DNA of 60,169 nucleotides from a bacterium (GTDB lineage: Bacteria > Verrucomicrobiota > Kiritimatiellia > SPBP01), in assembly GCA_037134535.1 (NCBI GenBank), contig JBAXMA010000001.1, forward strand, positions 1-60,169, written 5' to 3'. Positions 9,302 through 18,700 of this stretch are shown here, in pieces. The translations under genes and the position numbers were made by a program. The notes below the pieces were generated by a model, which saw only the letters and a list, made by a program, of their open reading frames with translations, was not told the DNA's origin and searched no databases. Each line of letters begins with the position of its first letter. Position 1 is the first letter of the stretch.

Positions 9302-9357
9302 GGTCTATCAATTTCCGGATCCAAGACATTCAACTAGCACGAGGCTTGCAGGTGCAA

Positions 9358-9810
9358 TCAGCGCAGCAAGGTTTCACAGGTTCCGCCAGCCGCCTCTATT
9401 TTGGCCTTAGCGGCGCTACTAAACGCGTGGACTTTCACTGTCAGCTTGTGCTTTACATCACCGTCACCAAGAATCTTCACCCCTGCACCGGTGTCACTGA
9501 CAATACCCGCCGACTTGAGCGCTTCGATATCAACGGTAGCTCCCTCGGCAAAAACAGACAAAGCAGAGATATTCACAGGAACAGTCCTCAGCAGATGCCT
9601 GCTTGTGAAACCTCTCTTTGGGATACGCCTTATAAGACGCATCTGACCGCCTTCAAATCCAGGCTTACGCTTATGGCCGGAACGAGACATCTGTCCCTTC
9701 TGACCTCGACCACAGGTTTTTCCGTGGCCGGAACCTTCTCCTCGCCCCACGCGCTTACTATGTCGACGCGCACCTTCAGTGTTAGACAATGATGCTAAAT
9801 CTAATGTCAT
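9358..9810 (-). CDS. rplO: 50S ribosomal protein L15
   Basis: [27 protein letters not shown] motif. Its start overlaps the rpsE stop by 4 nt, so there is no rpmD between them. Confidence 0.96.
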   Translation of the reverse strand: MTLDLASLSNTEGARRHSKRVGRGEGSGHGKTCGRGQKGQMSRSGHKRKPGFEGGQMRLIRRIPKRGFTSRHLLRTVPVNISALSVFAEGATVDIEALKSAGIVSDTGAGVKILGDGDVKHKLTVKVHAFSSAAKAKIEAAGGTCETLLR

Positions 9811-10385
9811 TCTATAGCCCCCGCCTGGACCGCTTTTCCTGCCGGAACAGCGCCAGACCTCCTCATTGCCATTACATCTTCATCCATTCGCAAACTATCA
9901 AGCGCAACCATTGCAGCTTTCACCATGTTAAGCTTATTGCTACTACCAAGAGACTTGGCCAGAATGTCCTGAATTCCTGAAAGCTCAAGCACAGCCCTTA
10001 CGCCCCCGCCGGCGATAACGCCGGTACCAGGCGAAGCAGGACGCAGTTTGACATAGCATCCATCAAACTTTCCTATCACTTCATGCGGAATAGTACGACC
10101 TTTCATCGTCACAGGCCGAAGTGACCTCTTCGCTATATCCCCACCTTTTCTGATGGCATCCGAGACTTCATTAGCTTTGCCAAAGCCATAGCCGACAGAC
10201 CCCTTCTTGTCGCCTACAACTACAACCGCACTAAAACTGAACCTGCGGCCACCTTTGACAACCTTGGCGCAGCGATTCACGAAGACAACGCGCTCTTCAA
10301 GTTCCCCCGATCCCGATGACATACCGCCGGAATCATCCTGTCCGCCACGTTTCTCACGAGTCTTATTCTTATGCTCTAGAAGCAC
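9807..10385 (-). CDS. rpsE: 30S ribosomal protein S5
   Basis: [32 protein letters not shown] motif. An alternative start at ATG 10322 ([11 protein letters not shown]) would give the usual length. Confidence 0.95.
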   Translation of the reverse strand: MLLEHKNKTREKRGGQDDSGGMSSGSGELEERVVFVNRCAKVVKGGRRFSFSAVVVVGDKKGSVGYGFGKANEVSDAIRKGGDIAKRSLRPVTMKGRTIPHEVIGKFDGCYVKLRPASPGTGVIAGGGVRAVLELSGIQDILAKSLGSSNKLNMVKAAMVALDSLRMDEDVMAMRRSGAVPAGKAVQAGAIE

Positions 10386-10735
10386 AATCCACCCTCCCTC
10401 GCTGCATCAGCAAAAGCTTTAACACGTCCATGATACCGGAACCCGCCCCGGTCAAATACTATTTTCGTGATCCCTTTGCCAATGGCAACAGAAGCAGCCC
10501 GACCACCCAATGCCGTTGCATCAGGAACGGAACAGCCCGCCTCAGATCCTTTGTCAGTTGTCGAAACATGAGCCAGAGTGACGCCTTTGATGTCATCAAT
10601 AAGCTGAGCATAGATTCTTGTATTAGAGATCATTATGCACATACGTGGACGCTCCGGAGTCCCGTGTATCTTGTTACGAATACGCATCCGCCGCTTAATA
10701 CGTTTTGCCGTTCTTGAAGTGTTGCCCATCGTCAT
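10376..10735 (-). CDS. rplR: 50S ribosomal protein L18
   Basis: [37 protein letters not shown], 119 aa. Confidence 0.96.
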   Translation of the reverse strand: MTMGNTSRTAKRIKRRMRIRNKIHGTPERPRMCIMISNTRIYAQLIDDIKGVTLAHVSTTDKGSEAGCSVPDATALGGRAASVAIGKGITKIVFDRGGFRYHGRVKAFADAAREGGLCF

Positions 10736-11265
10736 GCCACCGTCTTTCCGGCCTTCCTCCGGACATATTCACCACGATATCTAATGCCTTTTCCCTTGTA
10801 CGGCTCTGCCGGATGAAACCGCCTGATCGCTGCGGCAACATCACCGACCTGCTGCTTGTCGATACCGTTGACAACAACCGTGTTGCCTTCAACCTTGATA
10901 CTAACGCCATTGGGAATGATATAAACTACAGGCGACGAAAAACCCAGCGAAAGATTCAACGACGTCCCACGCATCTCCGCCTTGAATCCGACCCCGTCTA
11001 TATCAAGCAGCTTTGTGTAGCCTTTCTCACTGCCCTCGACCATATTCGCCACAAGCGTTCTGCTCAGTCCGTGCAGACTCCGGTGCTGCCGCGAGTCACT
11101 CGCTCGGACCACTTCGACGCGGTTATCTTTCAAGCTTGCCGTGATACCTTCCGGCAAACTGAGTGACAACTCGCCCTTGGGGCCCTTTACAAAAACTTTT
11201 GCACCTTCCATCCGAACGTTCACTCCGCTCGGAACAATCAAAGGTTTACGTCCCAGTCTTGACAT
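10732..11265 (-). CDS. rplF: 50S ribosomal protein L6
   Basis: MSRLGRKPLIVPSGVNV...KGPKGELS, 177 aa. Confidence 0.96.
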   Translation of the reverse strand: MSRLGRKPLIVPSGVNVRMEGAKVFVKGPKGELSLSLPEGITASLKDNRVEVVRASDSRQHRSLHGLSRTLVANMVEGSEKGYTKLLDIDGVGFKAEMRGTSLNLSLGFSSPVVYIIPNGVSIKVEGNTVVVNGIDKQQVGDVAAAIRRFHPAEPYKGKGIRYRGEYVRRKAGKTVA

Positions 11266-11295
11266 TTCTTTAACTCCAGTGGGCGATCCAGACCT

Positions 11296-11694
11296 CTACC
11301 ACACTTCAAAAAGCACTTCTCCACCGACCTTCTGTCTCCTGGCCTCTCCACCAGTCAATATACCGGCGGGGGTCGACAGCACTACAGTCCCTAACCCCTG
11401 CCGCGTCTTGGTGATCTTTGCGGCCTTGATATATCTGCGGAGACCCGGCTTACTGACCCGCTTCAGCCCGCGAATGACTGCCTCACGATCACCCACATAC
11501 TTAAGGTATAATCGAAGGATCACCCCCTGCCCCTGCCGCTCCACCGCATAATCCGATATATATCCCTCGCGCTTGAGTATGCGTGATATTTCCACGTTCA
11601 TCTTGGAATGTATAATGTCCACTATCTCGTGGCGCGCCATCAACGCATTCCTCGTCCTTGTCAGCATGTCTGCTATTGGGTCTGTTGTACTCAC
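11296..11694 (-). CDS. rpsH: 30S ribosomal protein S8
   Basis: A GTG start at 11694 gives (M)STTDPIADMLTRTRNA, the canonical S8 N-terminus. AGGAG lies 11 nt upstream. The track ORF extends to a TTG at 11715. Confidence 0.94.
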   Translation of the reverse strand: MSTTDPIADMLTRTRNALMARHEIVDIIHSKMNVEISRILKREGYISDYAVERQGQGVILRLYLKYVGDREAVIRGLKRVSKPGLRRYIKAAKITKTRQGLGTVVLSTPAGILTGGEARRQKVGGEVLFEVW

Positions 11695-11708
11695 TGTCCA
11701 GTTTGCTC

Positions 11709-11894
11709 CTACCAACTTGACTTGATCACTCCGGGTATCTCACCTTTCAGCGCCAGTTCCCGGAAACATATGCGACAGACCTGAAACTTCCGAATATATG
11801 CCCGACGCCTGCCGCACCTGTTACATCGGTGATACCGTCGTACAGGAAACTTCTGCGGCCTTTTTGCCTCTACAACCTGTGATTTCTTTGCCAA
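11709..11894 (-). CDS. rpsN: 30S ribosomal protein S14, short zinc-binding (type Z) form
   Basis: 61 aa, [23 protein letters not shown] (CxxC...CxxC). Confidence 0.96.
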   Translation of the reverse strand: MAKKSQVVEAKRPQKFPVRRYHRCNRCGRRRAYIRKFQVCRICFRELALKGEIPGVIKSSW

Positions 11895-11898
11895 GAGT

Positions 11899-12447
11899 TT
11901 ACTCCTCTCGCTTTTCTTCGGCGAACGGCATTCCGAGGTGCTTCAACAGAACTTTTGCACCCTCATCCGTTCCCGATGATGTCACGATCGCTATATCCAT
12001 ACCATGCACCCTCTTGACATCGTCAGGGTCAATTTCGGGAAAGATCGTTTGATCCTGTATCCCGAAATTGTAATTCCCTTTCCCGTCAAAACCTGTGCGT
12101 GGCAACCCTCTAAAGTCCCTGATGAGCGGCAGCGCCGCGTTCACCAGCCGGGCAAAGAAATCATACATCCGCTCTCCGCGAAGGGTGACTTTCGCACCAA
12201 TGTCCATCCCTTCCCGTAGCTTGAAATTAGATATGCTCTTCTTCGCTTTCGTTACAACGGGCGCCTGACCTGTTATCTTCCGTAGATTCTCAACCACATC
12301 TTTAAGTACGTCTTTATCAACCGACTTGATACCGACATTAATCACTATCTTTTCAAGGAGAGGCACCTCCATATGGTTCTTCAACCCCAACGCTTTCTGA
12401 AGTGCCGGCCTTATCGTCGTCTTGTACTGTTCCTGCAGGATAATCAT
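11899..12447 (-). CDS. rplE: 50S ribosomal protein L5
   Basis: [36 protein letters not shown], 182 aa. Confidence 0.96.
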   Translation of the reverse strand: MIILQEQYKTTIRPALQKALGLKNHMEVPLLEKIVINVGIKSVDKDVLKDVVENLRKITGQAPVVTKAKKSISNFKLREGMDIGAKVTLRGERMYDFFARLVNAALPLIRDFRGLPRTGFDGKGNYNFGIQDQTIFPEIDPDDVKRVHGMDIAIVTSSGTDEGAKVLLKHLGMPFAEEKREE

Positions 12448-12458
12448 TGTTTCTCTCT

Positions 12459-12776
12459 TCAGGCATCAAAAGGATGCGCACACTTCTTGCACTTGCGTAC
12501 TTTCAAATCCCCATCGATCTTCCAACCTGTCCGCACTCCCTTTTTACAGTTTGGACAGAAAAGTGCCAGCCTCGACAAAGGCATCGGCATCTCCTTATCG
12601 ATGATTCCGCCCTGCGGGTTATCAGCACCCTTACGCACTGATTTCTTGACAAGATTAAAACCCTCGACAATTGCAACTCCGTGGTCTGACTGAACTGTCA
12701 GAACCTTCCCGATCTTTCCGGGAACGGCGTTCCTGCCGCTACGTGCCACTACTGTATCGCCACGTCGTATCCGCAT
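12459..12776 (-). CDS. rplX: 50S ribosomal protein L24 with a C-terminal Cys4 zinc ribbon
   Basis: MRIRRGDTVV...KVLTV...VEGFNLVKK core with GGGGAG upstream of the tandem ATGs at 12779/12776. The track ORF starts at TTG 12803. The C-terminus carries CPNC...CKKC. Confidence 0.94.
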   Translation of the reverse strand: MRIRRGDTVVARSGRNAVPGKIGKVLTVQSDHGVAIVEGFNLVKKSVRKGADNPQGGIIDKEMPMPLSRLALFCPNCKKGVRTGWKIDGDLKVRKCKKCAHPFDA

Positions 12777-12817
12777 CATTACTCCCCAAGTCGTTCGATG
12801 CAAAAGGTTCTCAACAC

Positions 12818-13183
12818 CTACAACACTTCCGGTGCCAGAGCGATAACCTTCATAAAATTCTTGCCTCGCAGCTCCCTGGCAATCGGTCCGAAGATTCGTG
12901 TTGCAACAGGATTCATCGAATCGTCAACGATCACCACTGCGTTGTTATCAAAGCGAAGATAACTCCCGTCAGGTCGGCGTACAGGGCTCTTCGTACGCAC
13001 AATCAGCGCGGTACAAACCTGCCCCTTCTTTACCAGACCTCCAGACTGTGCTTCCTTGATAGAAACCTTGATAAGATCGCCTACGCTGGCGTATTGCCGA
13101 CTTTGCCCCAGTACCCGAAAACATGTTGCTTTCCGTGCTCCGGTATTATCGGCGACGACCAAACTCGTTCCTTCCTGTATCAT
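12818..13183 (-). CDS. rplN: 50S ribosomal protein L14
   Basis: [26 protein letters not shown], 121 aa. Confidence 0.97.
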   Translation of the reverse strand: MIQEGTSLVVADNTGARKATCFRVLGQSRQYASVGDLIKVSIKEAQSGGLVKKGQVCTALIVRTKSPVRRPDGSYLRFDNNAVVIVDDSMNPVATRIFGPIARELRGKNFMKVIALAPEVL

Positions 13184-13479
13184 CCTTTGCTTTCCTCTTC
13201 GACTGGAGCCACAATAGCCCTCTCGATGATCTCAACTAGCCGCCACCTCTTCAGACGACTCAACGGCCTTGTCTCAAATATTCGCACCAAATCTCCTACC
13301 TTAGCTTCATTCTTCTCATCGTGCGCATAAAGCTTCTTCATGTACTTGATCATTTTGCCATACTTCGGGTGCCGTCTCCTTGTCACCAGCATTATCACAA
13401 TGGTCTTATCCATCGCATCGCTGACAACTCGCCCAACCCGTTTCTTGCAAGTGCTCTTCGCTGTATTGCCTACCGTCAT
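13180..13479 (-). CDS. rpsQ: 30S ribosomal protein S17
   Basis: [43 protein letters not shown]. 4-nt overlap with rplN. Confidence 0.96.
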   Translation of the reverse strand: MTVGNTAKSTCKKRVGRVVSDAMDKTIVIMLVTRRRHPKYGKMIKYMKKLYAHDEKNEAKVGDLVRIFETRPLSRLKRWRLVEIIERAIVAPVEEESKG

Positions 13480-13489
13480 TTACACCACC

Positions 13490-13693
13490 TCAATTAATGC
13501 CACGCTGTTTCTCGAGCGTCAGAATTCTTGCCACTTCTCGCCGTAGAGTCCTCAGACGCAGAGGCCGCTCAATCCGACCAGTCGCCTTCTGTATTCTGAG
13601 ATTGAACAACTCAGTCTTACTGTCGGTGAGTCTCTGCCGCAGCTCGGCATCAGTTAGTCCCTTCAACAGTACCTTCAATTCCTTCGTTTTCAT
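13490..13693 (-). CDS. rpmC: 50S ribosomal protein L29
   Basis: 67 aa, ELFNLRIQKATGRIERPLRLRTLRREVARILT. Confidence 0.95.
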   Translation of the reverse strand: MKTKELKVLLKGLTDAELRQRLTDSKTELFNLRIQKATGRIERPLRLRTLRREVARILTLEKQRGIN

Positions 13694-13707
13694 GCAATCC
13701 CCGATCT

Positions 13708-14124
13708 CTAGTGGCTCTGCCTGGTTACAAATCTGGTCGAAATCGGTAGCTTCGAAGCTGCCAGCCTCATCGCTTCCCTCGCCGTAGCTTCCGGTACTCC
13801 GCCAACCTCAAACATGATCGTTCCTGGCTTGACGGTAGCCACCCAAAACTCAGGAGCACCTTTACCTTTTCCCATCCGAGTCTCCGCAGCCTTCTTAGAA
13901 ACTGGTCTATCGGGGAAAACTCTTACCCACAGCCTTCCCCGCCGTTTCAGAAACCGATTGATTGCGACGCGACATGCTTCAATCTGGATCGCCTTCAACC
14001 AGCATCGACCGAGGCTCTTCAACCCGTAATCCCCAAAGTCTATGCGTACAGCCGCAGTCGCTGTACCACCACGGCTCCCTCGCTGCACCATGCGATGCTT
14101 TACTCTTTTTGGCATTAATGCCAT
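13708..14124 (-). CDS. rplP: 50S ribosomal protein L16
   Basis: [20 protein letters not shown]...[14 protein letters not shown], 138 aa. Confidence 0.97.
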   Translation of the reverse strand: MALMPKRVKHRMVQRGSRGGTATAAVRIDFGDYGLKSLGRCWLKAIQIEACRVAINRFLKRRGRLWVRVFPDRPVSKKAAETRMGKGKGAPEFWVATVKPGTIMFEVGGVPEATAREAMRLAASKLPISTRFVTRQSH

Positions 14125-14133
14125 AATCGTCCT

Positions 14134-14781
14134 CTATCTCTTTGACTCTCGTTGCGCTTCACGTTCGCCGTGGCAAATCCAGACCTTGATGCCTATCAAC
14201 CCAGCAGTCGTCAGCGCTTCTGAAAAACCATAATCAATATTCGCCCGCAATGTGTGCAGCGGAACCCGGCCTTCCTTGTACCATTCCCGCCGCGCAATTT
14301 CAGCCCCGCCTAATCTGCCGGAAGCCTGTATCTTGATGCCATCCACACCCATGTCCATCGCGGTCTTTATGGCACGTTTCATCGCCCGTCGAGACGACAC
14401 ACGCCGCACAAGCTGCAGAGTAACATTCTCTGCGACAATCTGCGCACATGTGTCTCCATTTCTGATCTCGGAGATATCGATGTATACTTCCTTCTTCGTC
14501 ATGCGGGCAATTTCCTCCCGCACCTTATCAATATCCTGCCCCTTGCGACCAACAACAATTCCCGGACGCGCAGTCCAGATGGTCACGCGAACCCGATTGG
14601 CATATCTCTCCACCACAATCTTCGCAATTGAGGCATTTTGAAGGCGCTTTGTCACAAGCTCCCGGATCTTCATGTCCTCGTGAAGAAGAGTACCGAAATC
14701 CTTCTTCCCGGCAAACCAGCGGGAACGCCAGTCCTTCGTCACCGCCAGACGCAGACCGATTGGATTAACCTTTTGTCCCAC
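14134..14781 (-). CDS. rpsC: 30S ribosomal protein S3
   Basis: GTG at 14781 gives (M)GQKVNPIGLRL, the canonical S3 start, with AGGAG 10 nt upstream. The track ORF starts at TTG 14805. Confidence 0.95.
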   Translation of the reverse strand: MGQKVNPIGLRLAVTKDWRSRWFAGKKDFGTLLHEDMKIRELVTKRLQNASIAKIVVERYANRVRVTIWTARPGIVVGRKGQDIDKVREEIARMTKKEVYIDISEIRNGDTCAQIVAENVTLQLVRRVSSRRAMKRAIKTAMDMGVDGIKIQASGRLGGAEIARREWYKEGRVPLHTLRANIDYGFSEALTTAGLIGIKVWICHGEREAQRESKR

Positions 14782-15154
14782 TCTTCCCAGACTCCTTTCG
14801 AGCAAGCTGCTTGCCGTCTATCTTCGACTCAGACAGCACAATCTTGATGTGACTCATTCGCTTCAAAATCGGCGACGCCGATCCGCGCGCACGCGGCCAA
14901 AACCGTTTCATCGAAGGACCATCCAGAACAACCGCCTCCTTGACGAACATATTCTCTGCCGACAACTTAGCATTGTTCTCTGCATTGGCAATAGCCGACT
15001 TCAGTGTCTTGGCGATCAAAAAAGCGCCTTTTCTATGACTGAACTCAAGCTTATTGAGTGCTTCCGACGCCGGCAGACCACGAATGACTTTCGCCAGGTC
15101 CTTGGCCTTCAGAGACGAAATTCTAGCAAATCGCATTGTTGATCGTATATCCAT
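14765..15154 (-). CDS. rplV: 50S ribosomal protein L22
   Basis: MDIRSTMRFARISSLKAKDLAKVIRG...SAIANAENN...GPSMKRFWPRARG aligns along its length with known L22. Confidence 0.96.
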   Translation of the reverse strand: MDIRSTMRFARISSLKAKDLAKVIRGLPASEALNKLEFSHRKGAFLIAKTLKSAIANAENNAKLSAENMFVKEAVVLDGPSMKRFWPRARGSASPILKRMSHIKIVLSESKIDGKQLARKESGKSGTKG

Positions 15155-15164
15155 TTCAAATCGC

Positions 15165-15668
15165 TCACTTCGTCAGTACGGCAATCTCTAATAACCTGTC
15201 ACTCGTCTCCGGCAGGACACCGGCTTCAACACGTACAATCACTGCCCCTGTAATCTTCTCACGCACGTCAACCGTCTCTATCTCAGCAATCACTTTATCA
15301 GCCCGCAACACCGCGAACTTTCGACCAGGCCGTATGCCTTGCCGCGCACCTTTGTCAAGAATCACTAAGCGCAATTCTCCGTTTACATTCGAAATCCGCG
15401 GTGGCAGTGACTCACCCATCTCCAACTGCCCCGGCTTCATCCCTATCCATGCGTATCTACTGAACTCACGACCGACCTGCCGTTTCCTTAGTCCGTCTAC
15501 CTCACTCCTGGCCTCAGCCAGTGCATCGACTAGATCATTCACCTGCGCCGACAGCACCCTGATCTCGTTGCTTGCGCCCCCTGCCATCTCTACGCCACCA
15601 CCAGCGGCGAACGCAACCGCGACCGCTTCACCCAGCATCACCAAACTACACAACAAACGCATATCCAT
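15165..15668 (-). CDS. hypothetical secreted/periplasmic protein (signal or anchor, coiled coil, small beta-barrel-like domain) inserted in the S10 operon
   Basis: 167-aa ORF that fills the rpsS-rplV gap, on the same strand. Hydrophobic N-terminus LLCSLVMLGEAVAVAFAAGG. Helical segment NEIRVLSAQVNDLVDALAEARSEVDGLRKRQ. C-terminal LRLVILDKGARQGIRPGRKFAVLRADKVIAEIETVDV. The opposite-strand ORF is S/T/P/R-rich shadow sequence. Confidence 0.65.
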   Translation of the reverse strand: MDMRLLCSLVMLGEAVAVAFAAGGGVEMAGGASNEIRVLSAQVNDLVDALAEARSEVDGLRKRQVGREFSRYAWIGMKPGQLEMGESLPPRISNVNGELRLVILDKGARQGIRPGRKFAVLRADKVIAEIETVDVREKITGAVIVRVEAGVLPETSDRLLEIAVLTK

Positions 15669-15689
15669 ACCGGCCCGATAACAAACTCG

Positions 15690-15974
15690 TTACTTCAGCG
15701 TCACTGCCTTGTCTGTGTGCACTCCATGCTTCCTGAATATACGAGTTGGCGAAAACTCGCCTAGACGATGCCCCACCATATTCTCTGTAACAAAAACGGA
15801 AACATGTTCCTTGCCGTTATGTACAGCCAGAGTGTTGCCCACAAACTCCGGTAGTATCATAGATCTCCTCGACCAGGTCTTAATAGGACTTTTCATTCCT
15901 GACCTGTTCATCGCCTCAATCTTGTTGAGCAGCTTGGCGTCTACGTATGGCCCTTTTTTAAGTGAACGACCCAT
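15690..15974 (-). CDS. rpsS: 30S ribosomal protein S19
   Basis: [20 protein letters not shown]...[11 protein letters not shown], 94 aa. Confidence 0.97.
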   Translation of the reverse strand: MGRSLKKGPYVDAKLLNKIEAMNRSGMKSPIKTWSRRSMILPEFVGNTLAVHNGKEHVSVFVTENMVGHRLGEFSPTRIFRKHGVHTDKAVTLK

Positions 15975-15977
15975 ATT

Positions 15978-16799
15978 CTACTTTCTCCGCTGCAGAATAA
16001 ACCTGCCAGATGTCCGGCGCTTATGTCTGGTTCTCTTTCCTTTTGCACTCTGACCCCATGGAGATCTCGGATGACCACCCGTCGCCTTGCCCTCACCGCC
16101 GCCCATCGGATGATCCACGGGGTTCATTGCAACACCGCGAACAGTGGGACGAACGCCGAGCCAACGCTTACGACCGGCTTTGCCATATGAAATTGCCTCG
16201 TGCTCAAGATTTCCAACTTGCCCGATGGTCGCCATACACTTGATGCTGATCATTCTGATCTCGCCAGATGGCAGCTTGACATGAGCAAAGTCATCTTTCC
16301 TGGCCATTAACTGCGCTGTTAGACCAGCACCCCTGACCAGTTTACCGCCTCGACCAGGGACGAGCTCGATATTATGAATATTCAACCCAAGCGGTATGGT
16401 CTCAAGCGGAATCGCGTTGCCCACAGTCGGCTCCGCTGCCGGACCCGACTGTACTTCCATTCCAACAGTCAATCCCATAGGCGCAAGTATGTATCGCTTC
16501 TCGCCATCCGCGTAATTCAGCAGCGCTATTCTGGCTGATCTGTTCGGATCATACTCAATAGATGCGACTTTGGCCGGCACGCCAGCCTTATCTCTCTTGA
16601 AATCAATAATGCGATACTGACGCTTGTGCCCACCACCCTGATGGCGAACTGTAATACGCCCGGCCGAGTTTCGGCCTGCATTCTGCCTGACCGGCTCCAG
16701 AAGCGATTTTTCCGGCTTTGAAGTCGTTAGCTCGTCGAACAGGTAACCTGTCGCGTGCCGCCTGCCTGCTGTTGTTGGTCTGTACGATCTCAATCCCAT
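15978..16799 (-). CDS. rplB: 50S ribosomal protein L2
   Basis: 273 aa, [26 protein letters not shown] and [14 protein letters not shown] motifs. Confidence 0.98.
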   Translation of the reverse strand: MGLRSYRPTTAGRRHATGYLFDELTTSKPEKSLLEPVRQNAGRNSAGRITVRHQGGGHKRQYRIIDFKRDKAGVPAKVASIEYDPNRSARIALLNYADGEKRYILAPMGLTVGMEVQSGPAAEPTVGNAIPLETIPLGLNIHNIELVPGRGGKLVRGAGLTAQLMARKDDFAHVKLPSGEIRMISIKCMATIGQVGNLEHEAISYGKAGRKRWLGVRPTVRGVAMNPVDHPMGGGEGKATGGHPRSPWGQSAKGKRTRHKRRTSGRFILQRRK

Positions 16800-16809
16800 G
16801 CCAAACTCC

Positions 16810-17100
16810 CTACATCAGTTCGATCTTATCGCCTGCCTTGAGCGTCACTATCGCGCGCTTCCAGTGCGCCGTTCTACCAAAGCTTCGAGTCCGCTCACGC
16901 TTATTCTTGCCAAGGTAGTTCATGGTGTTAACTTTATTAACTGACACCTTAAAAAGCTCCTGCACAGCTCTCTTGATGTCAATCTTATTCGCTTTTCCGG
17001 CGACTTCAAAGAAATACTTATTCTCTGTTCCACCCAGCCGAGTGCTCTTTTCAGTCATCTGAACAGATTTAATTATGTCACGAGCGTCCGTCATTTCCAT
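16810..17100 (-). CDS. rplW: 50S ribosomal protein L23
   Basis: 96 aa, [34 protein letters not shown]. Confidence 0.95.
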   Translation of the reverse strand: MEMTDARDIIKSVQMTEKSTRLGGTENKYFFEVAGKANKIDIKRAVQELFKVSVNKVNTMNYLGKNKRERTRSFGRTAHWKRAIVTLKAGDKIELM

Positions 17101-17103
17101 TCC

Positions 17104-17736
17104 TTATGCTACAAGCTGAAGTCTGTCCCGCAACCTGTCCATCGCCCCTCTCGTTGCCACTACAACGGAGCTCTTCATGATCCTGTATGTGTCAAGCGAA
17201 TCGGCAGATACAACCTCAACACCTGGAATATTCCTTGCCGCGCGCATCACATTCAGATCACTTTTCTCTAGGACGATGACCACCGACCCCTTTATCTTAA
17301 GTGCCCTCAGCAACTCAACTACGAGCTTTGTCTTTGGTTCTGACAGCTCCAGCTTGTCAATAACCTTGACCGACCCACCCGCTATCTTGTCGCTCAGCGC
17401 CCTCACAAATGCCAACCTTCTGACATTCTTAGACAATTTCTTTTCATAACTCCTGGGGTGCGGACCAAACGCGACTCCGCCACCACGCCAGATCGGGGAA
17501 CGCCTGTAACCTGCCCGCGCTCTACCCGTACCCTTCTGCCGCCACGGCTTCTTATTGCTACCGGCTACATCGCCTTTTCCAAGTGTGGATGCTCCGCCAA
17601 CACGCTTCTTCGCAAGGTGAGCCACGACAGCGTCATGCACTGCCTGCTCTCCTTTCTTGAGAATGAGCAGATCATCGGACACTTCAAGCTCGCCCTGCCC
17701 GGCGCCCTTCATATCGTATATTGACAACTTACTCAT
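17104..17736 (-). CDS. rplD: 50S ribosomal protein L4
   Basis: 210 aa, GSNKKPWRQKGTGRARAGYRRSPIWRGGGVAFGP. Confidence 0.97.
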   Translation of the reverse strand: MSKLSIYDMKGAGQGELEVSDDLLILKKGEQAVHDAVVAHLAKKRVGGASTLGKGDVAGSNKKPWRQKGTGRARAGYRRSPIWRGGGVAFGPHPRSYEKKLSKNVRRLAFVRALSDKIAGGSVKVIDKLELSEPKTKLVVELLRALKIKGSVVIVLEKSDLNVMRAARNIPGVEVVSADSLDTYRIMKSSVVVATRGAMDRLRDRLQLVA

Positions 17737-18374
17737 GATTTTACAGTCGCCTTCTTCAAAGCTTTCATCACATACACCAGGCTACCTGTCGGACCAGGCA
17801 CTGCGCCAAGGACAAGCACGAGATTATCCTCAGGCAATACCTGCACAACCTTAAGATTCTGCATTGTCACTGTCACATGTCCCATGTGCCCGGGCATCCG
17901 CTTGTTTTTATGAATGCGCCCTGGGAGCTCACGGCATCCGACAGCACCAACTCGCCGCTTTGATGTTGATCCGTGAGATGCGGGGCCACCTCTCATGCCG
18001 TGACGCTTTACCACGCCTTGAAAACCTCTACCCTTTGTAACTCCTGTCACATCCACAAATTTGATGTCTTTGAGCATCGTTGCCGTGAATACATCGCCAG
18101 GCTTGGCCTCTTCGCCAACATCGAGCCGGAATTCGCGCAAGTAACGCCGCGGAGTGACGCCAGCTTTCTTGAAACGCTCCGCGCTAGGCTGATTAGCCCG
18201 CTGCGCTTTGTATTCCTTGAACCCCAGTTGGACGGCATCATAGCCGTCTAAGGCAACAGTCTTTCGCTGAATCACCACGCAGGGTCCCACTTCAAGAACT
18301 GTGACCGGCAACTGCCGACCGTCCTCGCCGTATACCCTCGTCATTCCGATTTTTTGTCCAAGGATGCCAGTCAT
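17733..18374 (-). CDS. rplC: 50S ribosomal protein L3
   Basis: MTGILGQKIGMTRVY...GVTKGRGFQGVVKRHG, 213 aa. Confidence 0.97.
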   Translation of the reverse strand: MTGILGQKIGMTRVYGEDGRQLPVTVLEVGPCVVIQRKTVALDGYDAVQLGFKEYKAQRANQPSAERFKKAGVTPRRYLREFRLDVGEEAKPGDVFTATMLKDIKFVDVTGVTKGRGFQGVVKRHGMRGGPASHGSTSKRRVGAVGCRELPGRIHKNKRMPGHMGHVTVTMQNLKVVQVLPEDNLVLVLGAVPGPTGSLVYVMKALKKATVKS

Positions 18375-18385
18375 GTTATCTGTAC

Positions 18386-18694
18386 TCAGATTTTAATTGT
18401 AATATCAACGCCCGCAGGCAGGTTCAACTTCTTCAGTTCATCAACAGTCTTCGTCGTAGGCTCTACTATATCCATCAACCGCGAATGTGTCCGCACCTCA
18501 AACTGATCCATCGACTTCTTATCACAATGCGGACTGCGATTCACCGAATACTTTTCTATCCTAGTCGGCAAAGGTATGGGCCCGACAATCCTGGCCCCCG
18601 TTCGCTTGACCGTCTCCACAATGTCCTTGGCCGCCTGGTCCAGAACCACGTGGTCGTAAGCTTTCAATCTGATCCTTATGGATTGACCGTTCAT
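18386..18694 (-). CDS. rpsJ: 30S ribosomal protein S10
   Basis: [39 protein letters not shown], 102 aa. Confidence 0.97.
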   Translation of the reverse strand: MNGQSIRIRLKAYDHVVLDQAAKDIVETVKRTGARIVGPIPLPTRIEKYSVNRSPHCDKKSMDQFEVRTHSRLMDIVEPTTKTVDELKKLNLPAGVDITIKI

Positions 18695-18700
18695 TTCTTC

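Noticed and set aside
12671-13330. 219-aa plus-strand ORF spanning rplX/rplN/rpsQ
   Set aside because: It runs antisense across three ribosomal protein genes and crosses gene boundaries, so it is a shadow ORF.
15136-15681. 181-aa plus-strand ORF opposite the inserted S10-operon ORF
   Set aside because: The product is S/T/P/R/A-rich and low-complexity, with no signal or domain pattern. The minus-strand ORF has coherent signal, coiled-coil and beta-domain organisation and matches the operon direction.
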